Shown here piece after piece: positions 1 to 12,332 of a stretch of DNA of 64,000 bases. The notes under the pieces are model-generated. The model ran no database searches. It saw only the letters and a program-made list of their open reading frames with translations, and was not told the DNA's origin. The stretch is from the sequence record MN871441.1; one strand, 5' to 3'. The stretch's first letter is position 1; every line of letters starts with the position of its first letter. Position numbers and translations under genes: made by a program.

Positions 1-75
1 CTCTTTAGGCTTTTGTACAGACATTATTTTATATCCTTTATTTTATAGGGTTCACCCTTGTATTTAGGAGAAAAT

Positions 76-105
76 AAAAAACCCGACCTAATGGTCGGGT
101 TTTTT
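76..105. terminator. Bidirectional intrinsic terminator downstream of gene 8
   Basis: ACCCGACC-taat-GGTCGGGT hairpin flanked by A and T runs. Confidence 0.8.
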
Positions 106-1088
106 CAGAAACTAAACACCACGTTAAATTCTTCCGTTTGATCTCTAGAACGAATTACAGGTTGTCTATTATCCATATAGATAATATTCCCACTATGTCT
201 TTCTAACTGAGATGGATCATAACTGAGTGCAGTTGCTTTTACATCCGGATCTGCTGGTGTATTTTTAACCAAAAGTGGATTATTTATAATCCCCATCTGC
301 CGAAAACCAGTGTTACCGATTTTACTTGATGCGGGGAAATTATAACTATCAAAATATGATCTAAACCTAAGTGTATTACATTTTATTCTACCAATAAGGT
401 TATAATCATTTGGATACCAAGTTATAACGTGTTGGTATCCCCATACATCAGGAGATGTTTTTAGTTCATCTGGAGTTGGTACTACGATATATTCATTTGA
501 ACAATCGTTTATCGCAACGTCGGTTGGTATTGTGTATAGGTATTCCCATATATAACCATCTTGCATGTTTACGCCATCAGAACGTCCTATCGGGAGTATG
601 CTGAATATTGATGGAGTCCATTTACCACCAACTTTCAAACACTCTTCCTTGTCTTTAATGGTTTGAATTGAACACATACCATCTGATGGTACATCAACAC
701 AACGATATACCATCCACCCAGATCCAATTTCAGTTGTATTATACGGGGCTGAGTTGGTAACTACAATGTCACCGATATGGAAAGTGTATGGGTCTGCATA
801 TCTCTGGTCCCCCCAATCCTTACGGGGCACTACTGGACGAATAAGCTCTTTTTGGATCTTAACAGCTCCCAGCATTCTAGACCAAACATCAGAATACCCC
901 TCTGACGTATCATCGGGATATGGTGGTGCAAATTTTGGGTCTGATTCATTATCAGCCCATGCTTCACTTCTCCCGAAATATGCATAGAGGGTATTTTGTG
1001 TATTACCATCTCCGATAAGAGAATAAAAGTTTAAAAGGTTAGCGACCCGAAAGTCGCTAGTAACCATTGCTCTATAAATCACTGACAT
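105..1088 (-). CDS. 8: Baseplate wedge subunit gp8
   Basis: 327 aa; FGRSEAW, VVPRKDWGD, DGYIWEYLYTIP, GFRQ and RSRDQTEE motifs typical of T4 gp8; follows gene 7. Confidence 0.93.
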   Translation of the reverse strand: MSVIYRAMVTSDFRVANLLNFYSLIGDGNTQNTLYAYFGRSEAWADNESDPKFAPPYPDDTSEGYSDVWSRMLGAVKIQKELIRPVVPRKDWGDQRYADPYTFHIGDIVVTNSAPYNTTEIGSGWMVYRCVDVPSDGMCSIQTIKDKEECLKVGGKWTPSIFSILPIGRSDGVNMQDGYIWEYLYTIPTDVAINDCSNEYIVVPTPDELKTSPDVWGYQHVITWYPNDYNLIGRIKCNTLRFRSYFDSYNFPASSKIGNTGFRQMGIINNPLLVKNTPADPDVKATALSYDPSQLERHSGNIIYMDNRQPVIRSRDQTEEFNVVFSF

Positions 1089-4000
1089 TATTGTTCTACC
1101 TTAACTTGGGTAGGTGGTACTGGCACAAGGAGTTTACTTACATCACGAGGATTGCCTATATCATCCTTAAGCCGTTTTTCTGACAACCGTTTAAGGTCAG
1201 AATACCTACTACTGAAATCGCTAAACAGGGGACTACCATCAAGCCTACGTGCCGATGGGGTATAAACAACACCGTCAACAGTCCAGTTCTGTTCATCTTG
1301 GTCATAATTCCTGACCTCAAATACATTACCGGTACTTGTATCAATTGCGTTATTCCACTCAGACACATCAAATGGCGTTTGTGGTTGTTCCACTTCCATT
1401 AATTCCCCAGTTATCGGGTCGAATAGAGGTACTGGATCTGTAAACGAACCATTGGGGTCTGGTACTGTTCTATATTTAGGGGTTAGGCTAGGTAAACCAG
1501 AATCCCACCGATATGATTTATTTATATCGACGATAGTCTCTATGTGTTTCATAGAAATACCCCCGTTAACCATAACAGTTAGTAGAGTAATACCAACAAA
1601 TCCAAATCCAACTGGATGAACAAACCGAATAACATCATCCTTATACCGAGATGTGTTCAATTCAGAACGAATTCTCATCATATAGTAAGATCTGTTTCTG
1701 TTTATATAATCTATGTCGGAATATGCTAGCTCTTTACCCTTAACTCCCCGAGTGACTTCACCAACAAAAGAACTAGATTCAGATTTTATTTCTTGCCCAA
1801 CTTCCAACTTCCCAATAAGGTTATGAATCGTTATTTTCCATCTTAATTGACCATCAACAAACTGACGTTCAATATAGGTAACGTTGGCTCGACCAGTTTT
1901 GGTAAATATCGTTCTTCCAACAAGATCAGTACTGATATTAGACGACTTAACCAGTATATCATAATCTATCCCAACTTGAGATTCGATTTCAATATCTACA
2001 TCGGCATCATATAGCAGTTTGAACAAGAACTTATAACTATCCAGAGTTCCCTTTGAGCTATAAAAGTTATTGGCGTTGGCTTCGAAGAATTTAACAACCT
2101 CATCTCTCTTGTTTTGGTCTAGATATATATTCCGTCGTCTCATCTCAGACCACAAAAATACAAAAGAATCTTTCTCTCTCGGGTATTTTAGTTTGATGAA
2201 ATTGAGAAGTTTACCATACATCGAATCAGTACCTTCTGATAGGAATTGAAGATAATATTCAGCAAACTTAGAGTAATTTGAGTCGTTGAAATAATGTTCA
2301 GGTCCCATAATTCTCAACATAGGTGCGATATTTGGATCAATTATACCTGTATCATCCTTCTTCTCTTCAACAACTTCTCTTTCTTGGTTTATCAAAGAAG
2401 CTTGCAACGCGATATATTCTGGTCTCCAAAATACAGATGCTTCATCCCTAACACGATAAGGGAACTCATAGTATCCAAATATCTCCCCACCAAGACCATT
2501 CTCTCTATTGTAGGCAGTGTGAATCAAAATACCGTTACAATACTTACTAAAGTTTTTGAAATTGATATTGTTCAGATAAAATTTTACAGAACCTTTATTC
2601 CAAACTTCTTTGTTATATTCCCGTGTAGGGTCTATGTTATATTGGTATTTGGTGGAAGGTGTTATAAGAACTATTCGGTTTTCATGGTTTTTCCAAACCC
2701 TCTCCCCAGTCATAGCCATATAATCAAACCCAGCCTCGTTATAATATCTAGCTGGTCTTAAGGAGAAAACATCACCATCTTCGGTTTCCCATTGATAAAT
2801 GAAAACTTTCTTTTCACTAAGATATCCAAAATCGGAATTGTATTTTACCGCATAGGTCACATCATCCGGGTATTTATTAACGGTATCAAGATCTTCGATA
2901 GTATTTGTGTATTTATAAGTTGCACCGGATACAAATAATTTAGTACCATCAACACTCATATCGGAATATTTGTGTTCGATATTATACCGTTCATCCTCAG
3001 TATTTCCAAACACTCTTTCCCATGACCCACCATCCGGAACAGAAGGCTTTACTATCTGCCCATCTTCTTGGTAAAGGTCAAAAATATTAGGATATGCAAA
3101 ATCATCAACAAACCGACTATATTTCACCGGGTCTACTATCTTTTGTACTGGATCGGAATAGATATCAGCAATAAACTCAAACGAGTCATGGCTATCACTT
3201 GGTACAAAGTTGACTTTCATTTGCATTCCATGGGTTCTACCTTGGAATACTCTAGATTCCCATCTAGTAGAAACTTTACCAACGTGTGTACCGTCAGGAA
3301 GGAAAGTTACCATCTCACGACCAACGTCAATACCATTTACAAAATTAATATCTTCTGTTGGGTCGGAGAAATTCATATTTCCCAACATGAAATCTTCTTT
3401 CTTGTATTTTTCGTTGAGGCGATATACACCAGAATATACAGATTTCTTTACGTTTTTCGGATCTCTTTTATCTTTCCCTGCATCTACTTCACCGGATACC
3501 AGCGCATAACAAACCTCGTTAAGTACATCCATTTTCTTAACTACTACGTTTGGATTATCACAGATCGTAAAGACTTCCGGGTCCCATATGATATTACCTT
3601 CATTATCGGTTGGACCACCAGATACTCGTATACGTCTAGCAACACCATTTGCAGCGGCATATAGCCACATATTAGAGGACGTTTGAGCTTCTACTTTTCT
3701 TCTGATATCGTCTGGGTACTTGGCAAAAGTCCCAAAGAACATAGTAGGAAATGGGATAGACGAATCAGTATCCATCTTAACAAATGTAAGCTGATCATCC
3801 GACCAAAAATGAAGGTCTGAGCTAAATCTTACTTCATCAACATTTCGTCCGTAAAAAGCAAAATCATAACCAAGAAGGAAAGATGTATTCCTGTTTTGGC
3901 TCATTACGGTATTACCGGTTGGATATCCAACGCGATCAGAAATAGCTTGGTAGTAATACCAGTTCTGCCCACCGTCATTAGTTACCTTACAGTAGTTTTG

Positions 4001-4591
4001 ATATTTTTCAAATGCGTATACAACACGACGGTTTGCGCCAAGGTAAACGCTATTAATATCCCGACAAATTTTTGATACAGAACCCAAAATCTCATGGTAT
4101 TCATCGTCACTAGTAACAAAATTTTCTATATTCGTGACGTTTGAGATACTAGGATCGTATATAAAGTTTTCATTCATCAAACTAGCCTGAATCACATCAC
4201 TATTGAGGTTGATATAATCCATCTTGTTTTTATGCAACTTCATATCAATAAACTTAAACGATGGAATGAATTTCTCCATGGTAGTTATTTGATATGCGTT
4301 TGTTGTGAATGATTCTATTACATCACTAACAACCCAATCAGACGGCTCCAAACCGGGATGAGTTGTAGATATTCTAAATTTATATTTTGTATCTGGAATG
4401 AGAGATGAACTGAAAAATTCGGGGGAATATTCCACCCCCAATTGTGTCCAACTATCTACCCCAGTACCTGAAACGATGGTGTATTCGACAATATAAAAAT
4501 AGTTCGAACCTACATCATCCCATTTTAGGTGAACGAAGTTCGCGCCGAGCATGGCGACGCGAAGACTTGTTATTGTTGGAGCTTTTATCAT
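1088..4591 (-). CDS. 7: Baseplate wedge initiator gp7
   Basis: 1167 aa; starts MIKAPTITSLRV; N-terminal FN3-like region; YSSKGT..SYKFLFKLLY and FVHPVGF motifs. Confidence 0.93.
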   Translation of the reverse strand: MIKAPTITSLRVAMLGANFVHLKWDDVGSNYFYIVEYTIVSGTGVDSWTQLGVEYSPEFFSSSLIPDTKYKFRISTTHPGLEPSDWVVSDVIESFTTNAYQITTMEKFIPSFKFIDMKLHKNKMDYINLNSDVIQASLMNENFIYDPSISNVTNIENFVTSDDEYHEILGSVSKICRDINSVYLGANRRVVYAFEKYQNYCKVTNDGGQNWYYYQAISDRVGYPTGNTVMSQNRNTSFLLGYDFAFYGRNVDEVRFSSDLHFWSDDQLTFVKMDTDSSIPFPTMFFGTFAKYPDDIRRKVEAQTSSNMWLYAAANGVARRIRVSGGPTDNEGNIIWDPEVFTICDNPNVVVKKMDVLNEVCYALVSGEVDAGKDKRDPKNVKKSVYSGVYRLNEKYKKEDFMLGNMNFSDPTEDINFVNGIDVGREMVTFLPDGTHVGKVSTRWESRVFQGRTHGMQMKVNFVPSDSHDSFEFIADIYSDPVQKIVDPVKYSRFVDDFAYPNIFDLYQEDGQIVKPSVPDGGSWERVFGNTEDERYNIEHKYSDMSVDGTKLFVSGATYKYTNTIEDLDTVNKYPDDVTYAVKYNSDFGYLSEKKVFIYQWETEDGDVFSLRPARYYNEAGFDYMAMTGERVWKNHENRIVLITPSTKYQYNIDPTREYNKEVWNKGSVKFYLNNINFKNFSKYCNGILIHTAYNRENGLGGEIFGYYEFPYRVRDEASVFWRPEYIALQASLINQEREVVEEKKDDTGIIDPNIAPMLRIMGPEHYFNDSNYSKFAEYYLQFLSEGTDSMYGKLLNFIKLKYPREKDSFVFLWSEMRRRNIYLDQNKRDEVVKFFEANANNFYSSKGTLDSYKFLFKLLYDADVDIEIESQVGIDYDILVKSSNISTDLVGRTIFTKTGRANVTYIERQFVDGQLRWKITIHNLIGKLEVGQEIKSESSSFVGEVTRGVKGKELAYSDIDYINRNRSYYMMRIRSELNTSRYKDDVIRFVHPVGFGFVGITLLTVMVNGGISMKHIETIVDINKSYRWDSGLPSLTPKYRTVPDPNGSFTDPVPLFDPITGELMEVEQPQTPFDVSEWNNAIDTSTGNVFEVRNYDQDEQNWTVDGVVYTPSARRLDGSPLFSDFSSRYSDLKRLSEKRLKDDIGNPRDVSKLLVPVPPTQVKVEQ

Positions 4592-4593
4592 TT

Positions 4594-6800
<2,207 letters not shown>

Positions 6801-6808
<8 letters not shown>

Positions 6809-7229
6809 TTGATAGTTCCATTTTTAGTTCAACAACAGTTGATAAATTTGTGATAAGAGAATAATAAATAGAAACTATATATTCGTTTCTGTCGTATAAA
6901 GGAACAACTTGTACCTGCCTCAATTTTACACGAGGTTCATAGTTTCTTATTGCATCATATATACTTCGTTCAACCGCACTAGTTGACGCATCATTCATTA
7001 ATTCAAATAGTTCTGCGCTAATGTCACAGCCAAAATCAGGGTCAAACGGTTTTTCGCGCTTCCTAGTTGCTATAATACCAGCCATTGACAATTGCACCGC
7101 ACCGATATTCTGTGTCATAAGAACATCGTTTGTCTTTATATCACGACGAAAATTGGGGTCTATATCTGTATAATAGACAGTTTTCTCGTTTGTGATAATT
7201 TTTAATCTGTTTCCAAAAAATCCAGCCAT
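6801..7229 (-). CDS. 25: Baseplate wedge subunit gp25
   Basis: YTDIDPNF, TRKREKPFDPDFGC and IRNYEPRV motifs. Confidence 0.92.
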
Positions 7230-7237
7230 AATAAACC

Positions 7238-7540
7238 TCAAACAACAAATACATTAGATGAACATTCCACAATAACTTCCCCTTCTGTACAAAGATCTGC
7301 TAATTGCGCAACCCGTTTCCCTTCGATGAATACTTTCGCGCTACTGGCGATAACAAGTCCAGACTTCGGACTTGGGTCATCACCGGGCTTTATGTGAGTA
7401 ATCACCCTATCATCTTCTCTAACTAGAATTTGTTTTCCGTTAGCAAAAACCGTAGTTGTGGTTCCAATAACCTGACTTGGTAACCAAGGCCCCGGCCCAA
7501 CAGTTTTTGCACCATNTNATANTNANNNTNNNANNNTCAT
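7238..7540 (-). CDS. 5.4: PAAR spike tip protein gp5.4
   Basis: TVFANGK, SAKVFIEGKRVAQLAD and CSSNVF are PAAR-family features. Confidence 0.85.
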   Translation of the reverse strand: MXXXXXXXXGAKTVGPGPWLPSQVIGTTTTVFANGKQILVREDDRVITHIKPGDDPSPKSGLVIASSAKVFIEGKRVAQLADLCTEGEVIVECSSNVFVV

Positions 7541-7959
7541 NTNNCNNNTTTTNNAANNGGAAAAAAAAATAGTACAGGATCTGTAATATCGTCATAAACC
7601 AATGTCTGTGTATAAGTAACAACCTTTTTCAATTCGCTTGGTGGGTTAAATGCTATGAGGTCACAAGTAGTTGGTTCTGGTAAAGAAGCAAACGAATTTG
7701 TTTGCGATATCTGTAGAGATGTTCTATCTCTATACTTTAGAACCAAATCCACTTTCCCATCAAAATAGTCATTGACTTTCCCATACAATCTGTTACCATC
7801 AAGAAAAATCCCATCTGGTGATAGGTCTTCTGACGGAACCACCGTAAAACTAACCAGTTGGTCAGATGCGGCTAGTGTATAGCTAAACAAGCTATCTATA
7901 GAGGTCTCTCCATCAAAAATGGTTGACTTCCAGTTGGTAGGTGTGTTAATTTGTGCCAT
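7537..7959 (-). CDS. 5.1: gp5.1-like baseplate-region protein
   Basis: Position between genes 5 and 5.4; GGAGG RBS; LKYRDR...FASLP...DL..F.PP motif; upstream CTAAATA. Confidence 0.7.
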   Translation of the reverse strand: MAQINTPTNWKSTIFDGETSIDSLFSYTLAASDQLVSFTVVPSEDLSPDGIFLDGNRLYGKVNDYFDGKVDLVLKYRDRTSLQISQTNSFASLPEPTTCDLIAFNPPSELKKVVTYTQTLVYDDITDPVLFFFXXXKXXX

Positions 7960-8018
7960 ATAAAAATCCTCCATTATGGAGTATTTAGGGGTTGTTCATA
8001 TAAAATAGAGGGTATAAT

Positions 8019-8384
8019 ATGATGTATAATAAATTCAAATTCAAAAACGAAGAAGCAATGGAAAAATTTATCCAGTTTGGAGAAAAAGATGGCAACGAGG
8101 AAAATAATCGCATCATAGTGGAAACACTTGGTATGGATATCTTTTTTGTCGATGAAAAACAGGAAGATGAAATCTATAAAATAGAAGGATATGAAAATCT
8201 AAATGAATTCAGCCCAATCTTTACTTCGAAAGAGATGAAAGAATACCTTATGATAGCAGAATCAGATGATGAGGAATCTTATGAACCTCCGAAGGTAAAC
8301 AAAACCAAAAATGATTTATTGGTTTTGCGCAAAGAATTGATGAAGCAAGTACATCGAATTGACGAGATGTTGGAATCTCTATAA
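8019..8384 (+). CDS. Hypothetical protein in an opposite-strand cassette
   Basis: 121 aa ORF with GAGG and TATAAT immediately upstream. Confidence 0.75.
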   Translation: MMYNKFKFKNEEAMEKFIQFGEKDGNEENNRIIVETLGMDIFFVDEKQEDEIYKIEGYENLNEFSPIFTSKEMKEYLMIAESDDEESYEPPKVNKTKNDLLVLRKELMKQVHRIDEMLESL

Positions 8385-8395
8385 GGAAAATAAAT

Positions 8396-8671
8396 ATGAA
8401 ACTAATTTATGTAGGAACTAATTTTGCTGGTTTTAAAGAAAATCAGGTTCATAATTTTCGAGTTCGTCGAGAACTAAAAAACTTTATCGAAAAGAACTTT
8501 GATAAAGTTGAAGACGAAGAACTTCTGATGGAAGTAAAGATGAAAGAAACCATTTATTGGGATTTCTGTCCATTTGAAATTGATGTAGGTGGCGGCACTC
8601 TATCTTTTGTGTGGGGACTTGAAAAAGAAGCACTCCAAGAATATATCAAACGAAGTGCAGACGACATCTAA
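8396..8671 (+). CDS. Hypothetical protein
   Basis: 91 aa ORF, AAGGA RBS, followed by a terminator. Confidence 0.75.
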   Translation: MKLIYVGTNFAGFKENQVHNFRVRRELKNFIEKNFDKVEDEELLMEVKMKETIYWDFCPFEIDVGGGTLSFVWGLEKEALQEYIKRSADDI

Positions 8672-8674
8672 AAC

Positions 8675-8703
8675 AAAAGGGATCCCAAATCGGGATCCCT
8701 TTT
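8675..8703. terminator. Bidirectional terminator, GGGATCCC family copy 1
   Basis: AAAA-GGGATCCC-aaatc-GGGATCCC-TTTT between convergent genes. Confidence 0.8.
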
Positions 8704-8705
8704 CG

Positions 8706-10544
8706 TTAGTTAATACTAACAGTNGAACCACTAATCTCGGTCGTACCTTGAGAGGTAATAAGAGATTGAGCAGCTTGCGATTTATAGTCACCAGATACAG
8801 TAACTGTATAATCACCAAAAACATTAAGGTTCATATCACCCTCTACGTTCTCGTTGCAATTACCTTGAACTGTTGCAGTTAAATTCCCTTCTATATCACT
8901 AACAACACTACCACCGACAGATAGGGTCACATCAGCGTCTATACGCGATTCTAAGCCACCGTTAACAGTTTGCTTAACGTTCCCCTTCACCGACTGTTCA
9001 ACGTTACCATAAACCGATTCAGATACGTTTCCTTTGACAACCTGAGTCAAGTTTCCATCAACTTGCTGGGTACAGTTACCCATAACGTATACAGTCGCGT
9101 TACCTTCAACAACTACCTGATAATCACCCTTTACGTTGATCATCCGGTTTGCCATATCGATAACATAGTCATCACCCATAACTTTGTTTACTTGACGACC
9201 ACCACCAGAAATCTCAATATACGTCCCTGATGTATGTTTCAGGTTATATCGTTCTTTCCCCGGAGTATCATCAAATTCCTGAATATGACCACTCTCCGAT
9301 TCATATACATGGTTATATGGGTATTCAGCAGCATATGCGCTAGGTGGTTCTTCGAAAAGAAGACCATCAGTACGAGGTGGTGGTGGAACGGACGGATCAT
9401 CTGGGTCTACTTCGTCAGCAAAAACAACCGGAGAGGACAATGCCATAATAGAACGCTTCATTCTCCCAGATATTGGGATAATAGGCGGTTCCTCTGGTTT
9501 TGGTTTTACTCCATAAGACTCTAGGTTTCCGGTTAAAATAATCTTGGCAACCCGATTCGCTCGACCCGGAGTTTGTCTAGCCCAAAGAGAGTCGAGCATA
9601 CCATTATATGCATCTCGCCAACGTTCTTCATACATAGCGTTTAGTGTATTTTTGAATTTCGCTAATCCGCCAGCCCCCATCTGAAACGCCATATTTTCTA
9701 AAGCCATTTGACGACTTCTATTTTCTTTGACGTAGACACGACGTATATTTTCGAATCTCATCATATCAGCACGAGTCTTTTGGATATCCTCGTTAAACAG
9801 CTTTGTAACGTCTTCTGGGGAGATCACACCCCCTTGTACAGGATGACCCAACTGTTGGGTTAGAATCGCATCTATACGGGCTACGTTTCGTGTATTCTCA
9901 TGTATGATTAGATGACCAATACCTATGGTTGGATATCCAAGAGAATCGAGATACCATTTGTTCCTAACCCCTTCGTCCCCCTTCAACATTTTTTCAATTG
10001 TGAAATCCGGATCGTCATCTGCGATTGCATCGTCAAATGATTTGTCATCAGGGGCTAATGCACCAGAAGTATTTTCATCCTGAGTATAAACCGATAACGG
10101 CTTTCCATCAATAGACACCGGGGCAGTTCCATGAATACCAGCCCCTTTTTGTCCACCACCGGCTAATATATTAACGTCGTTACCAATATAACGAGGGTAT
10201 TGACCTGTTGGGTCACAGAATCCCCGTAGAGTATTTGGTTTTTGGACATAAGATCCGGGGATAGAAAAAAGTATTAAACCATCCTGTTTAAATTCATCCT
10301 TGAAAACCCCCATAACCCACACACCCTCTACTAGGTTTGTTGGACTATTTCCCACACCAGATATAGAGGCTGAATCCGTTGACGTGGCACAACGCATCCA
10401 AAGAAGTTCATCAGTAGGTATACCAATCAAATCATCTTTTGATTTTTGGTCAGTGTGGTATCCCATCACACGAACTCTATATCTACCTTGATTAAGAGGA
10501 TCAAACCGATCCTCTACAACGCCAAAAAAGAATTCAAATTTCAT
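8706..10544 (-). CDS. 5: Baseplate hub / tail lysozyme gp5
   Basis: OB-fold FFGVVEDRFDPL..GRYRVRV; T4-lysozyme domain (DEG..YPTIGIGHL, WARQTPGRANR); YPYNHVYESESGH; VxGN beta-helix repeats. Confidence 0.97.
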   Translation of the reverse strand: MKFEFFFGVVEDRFDPLNQGRYRVRVMGYHTDQKSKDDLIGIPTDELLWMRCATSTDSASISGVGNSPTNLVEGVWVMGVFKDEFKQDGLILFSIPGSYVQKPNTLRGFCDPTGQYPRYIGNDVNILAGGGQKGAGIHGTAPVSIDGKPLSVYTQDENTSGALAPDDKSFDDAIADDDPDFTIEKMLKGDEGVRNKWYLDSLGYPTIGIGHLIIHENTRNVARIDAILTQQLGHPVQGGVISPEDVTKLFNEDIQKTRADMMRFENIRRVYVKENRSRQMALENMAFQMGAGGLAKFKNTLNAMYEERWRDAYNGMLDSLWARQTPGRANRVAKIILTGNLESYGVKPKPEEPPIIPISGRMKRSIMALSSPVVFADEVDPDDPSVPPPPRTDGLLFEEPPSAYAAEYPYNHVYESESGHIQEFDDTPGKERYNLKHTSGTYIEISGGGRQVNKVMGDDYVIDMANRMINVKGDYQVVVEGNATVYVMGNCTQQVDGNLTQVVKGNVSESVYGNVEQSVKGNVKQTVNGGLESRIDADVTLSVGGSVVSDIEGNLTATVQGNCNENVEGDMNLNVFGDYTVTVSGDYKSQAAQSLITSQGTTEISGXTVSIN

Positions 10545-11779
10545 TGTATATCCTTCCCTCTAGTATCGGAATCAGATATCAATTCTAAGTTCATGATATA
10601 AGAGCCCTGTGTACAGACATGATTTATTGAGTTGATAAGCCAGCGCCCTGCATCTTTTGATGTCATTTCACCATTCATATCACCAGCAATAATATTTACC
10701 ACCTGACCACAACTCAGGTCCGAATTACCGGCAACTTGAATAAGCATTCTTTTTGCGTTTAGTGATGTTCGGTTTGTTGCTCTTATACCAAGAGAGTTAC
10801 CATTTGAACCCATATTGATATACTTATACATCTGGTCTTCTGTTGTGAAATAAACACATGCATTTCTTTCTGGTTTTATATCACCACCAAACCACGGTTC
10901 TGGGTTTAGTGTTGGATATACATCTTTTACAGACGTATAGTCCTGATAATTATTTGTATAAAGCTTTTTATCCAAAGACATCGAATGAACGTTAACGCCT
11001 AAACCACCATTCCTATATTGTTCTGGTATGTTGTATCCCTTAACACGCTGCATCTTGATTATCTTGTTATACATTGTAGTGTCGTGGGTTGCTTCAAATA
11101 TCAGGTCAACAACCGGGTCTCCAACCATCATGGATGTACCAGTTCTGAATTTGGCTCCATCTACATCCTCATAAAAGTAGAAATTACTATCACCCTTTGA
11201 ATTAACATCCGATGATTGTGCAGAAGAAGCTAAGAAATTAATAACTGATATCGGTGTTAAATTTGGGATTACAATATCCCGGTTATAAAGCGTTGGTTCG
11301 ACAAATATGGTTTCGTCAGTGAACCCAATCACCCGGAGCATATCAGAAACGATTGCATGAATGGATGTCCCTTTATAACTTTTACTGATCCGACTATATT
11401 CATTCTTGTGATCTTGTTCGGATACAAGATGAAGTCTTACAAACTTTTGAGTTTGTGTATTTGGGTTTGTAATATCTTCGTAACGAGTAACTTTGAATAT
11501 TTTAGAATACGTTTTTGCATCCACCCCGTTTAAATGTACGGATCTAAAACTTATTTGTACCTTCTCATCACCTCTTGGATTAATTGAGTTTATTAAATTC
11601 ATGAAATCAACAAATTCAAGGGTGCCTTTCAGCAACCCTTGACTAATCCCTTCATATATGGAGAAGGATTTGAATATATCAGTTATATCAAACCCTTCAC
11701 TATCCAAGCTTTGAAAGAAAACAATACGCTCAATGGTAAAGTTTTCATACGCCGCCGTACTGCGTCTACTTATTCCCAC
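10541..11779 (-). CDS. Baseplate hub protein, gp27-like
   Basis: 412 aa, directly upstream of gene 5; IYEGI..L.G...D, FYFYED and GRWLI....H motifs of hub proteins. Confidence 0.65.
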   Translation of the reverse strand: MGISRRSTAAYENFTIERIVFFQSLDSEGFDITDIFKSFSIYEGISQGLLKGTLEFVDFMNLINSINPRGDEKVQISFRSVHLNGVDAKTYSKIFKVTRYEDITNPNTQTQKFVRLHLVSEQDHKNEYSRISKSYKGTSIHAIVSDMLRVIGFTDETIFVEPTLYNRDIVIPNLTPISVINFLASSAQSSDVNSKGDSNFYFYEDVDGAKFRTGTSMMVGDPVVDLIFEATHDTTMYNKIIKMQRVKGYNIPEQYRNGGLGVNVHSMSLDKKLYTNNYQDYTSVKDVYPTLNPEPWFGGDIKPERNACVYFTTEDQMYKYINMGSNGNSLGIRATNRTSLNAKRMLIQVAGNSDLSCGQVVNIIAGDMNGEMTSKDAGRWLINSINHVCTQGSYIMNLELISDSDTRGKDIQ

Positions 11780-12332
11780 GGATACGCTCCATTAATCTTG
11801 TGTATTCATCCATAAACCTACCCAAATCTGACGGATTTAAAACGTTTATGGTTCTCTTGGATTCGTTGGTTGCTAATTCATGTTCTATGGCAGTAACAGG
11901 GACTAAAGTCCCGACATACTGTTTATATAGATGAGCGGTATCCCCTTCATCATACCAAACACCAGAACCAACCGGATATTCTTTCATACGAAAATACATC
12001 TCACCATTTTCATCAATATGATATAAAACAGTTCCCTCTTTTGCTGGTAGGTTTTTATATTTTTGCGCTGTATATTGATGAACTATTTCTTCTTCACATA
12101 TCCAATCATAAAAAGGATCGTATACTTGGTTAAGAAATAGTAGGATCCAATAATATTTCGTATCCCCATATAAATCGTAGGAAACAACTTCTGGTCTAGG
12201 AGAACCAGAGACGATATATTTTCTTACAATGAATTTGCTTAAAATATCATCAAAATAGTTTCCATGTGGACGAAATATATCAGCAGTTGGAGCCCCATTA
12301 TATTTTATAGGGGGAAAATAGTTAAATAGCAT
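11766..12332 (-). CDS. 53: Baseplate wedge subunit gp53
   Basis: RPEVVSYDLYGDTKYYWILLFLN..DPFYDW LysM-like motif. Confidence 0.92.
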   Translation of the reverse strand: MLFNYFPPIKYNGAPTADIFRPHGNYFDDILSKFIVRKYIVSGSPRPEVVSYDLYGDTKYYWILLFLNQVYDPFYDWICEEEIVHQYTAQKYKNLPAKEGTVLYHIDENGEMYFRMKEYPVGSGVWYDEGDTAHLYKQYVGTLVPVTAIEHELATNESKRTINVLNPSDLGRFMDEYTRLMERIRGNK

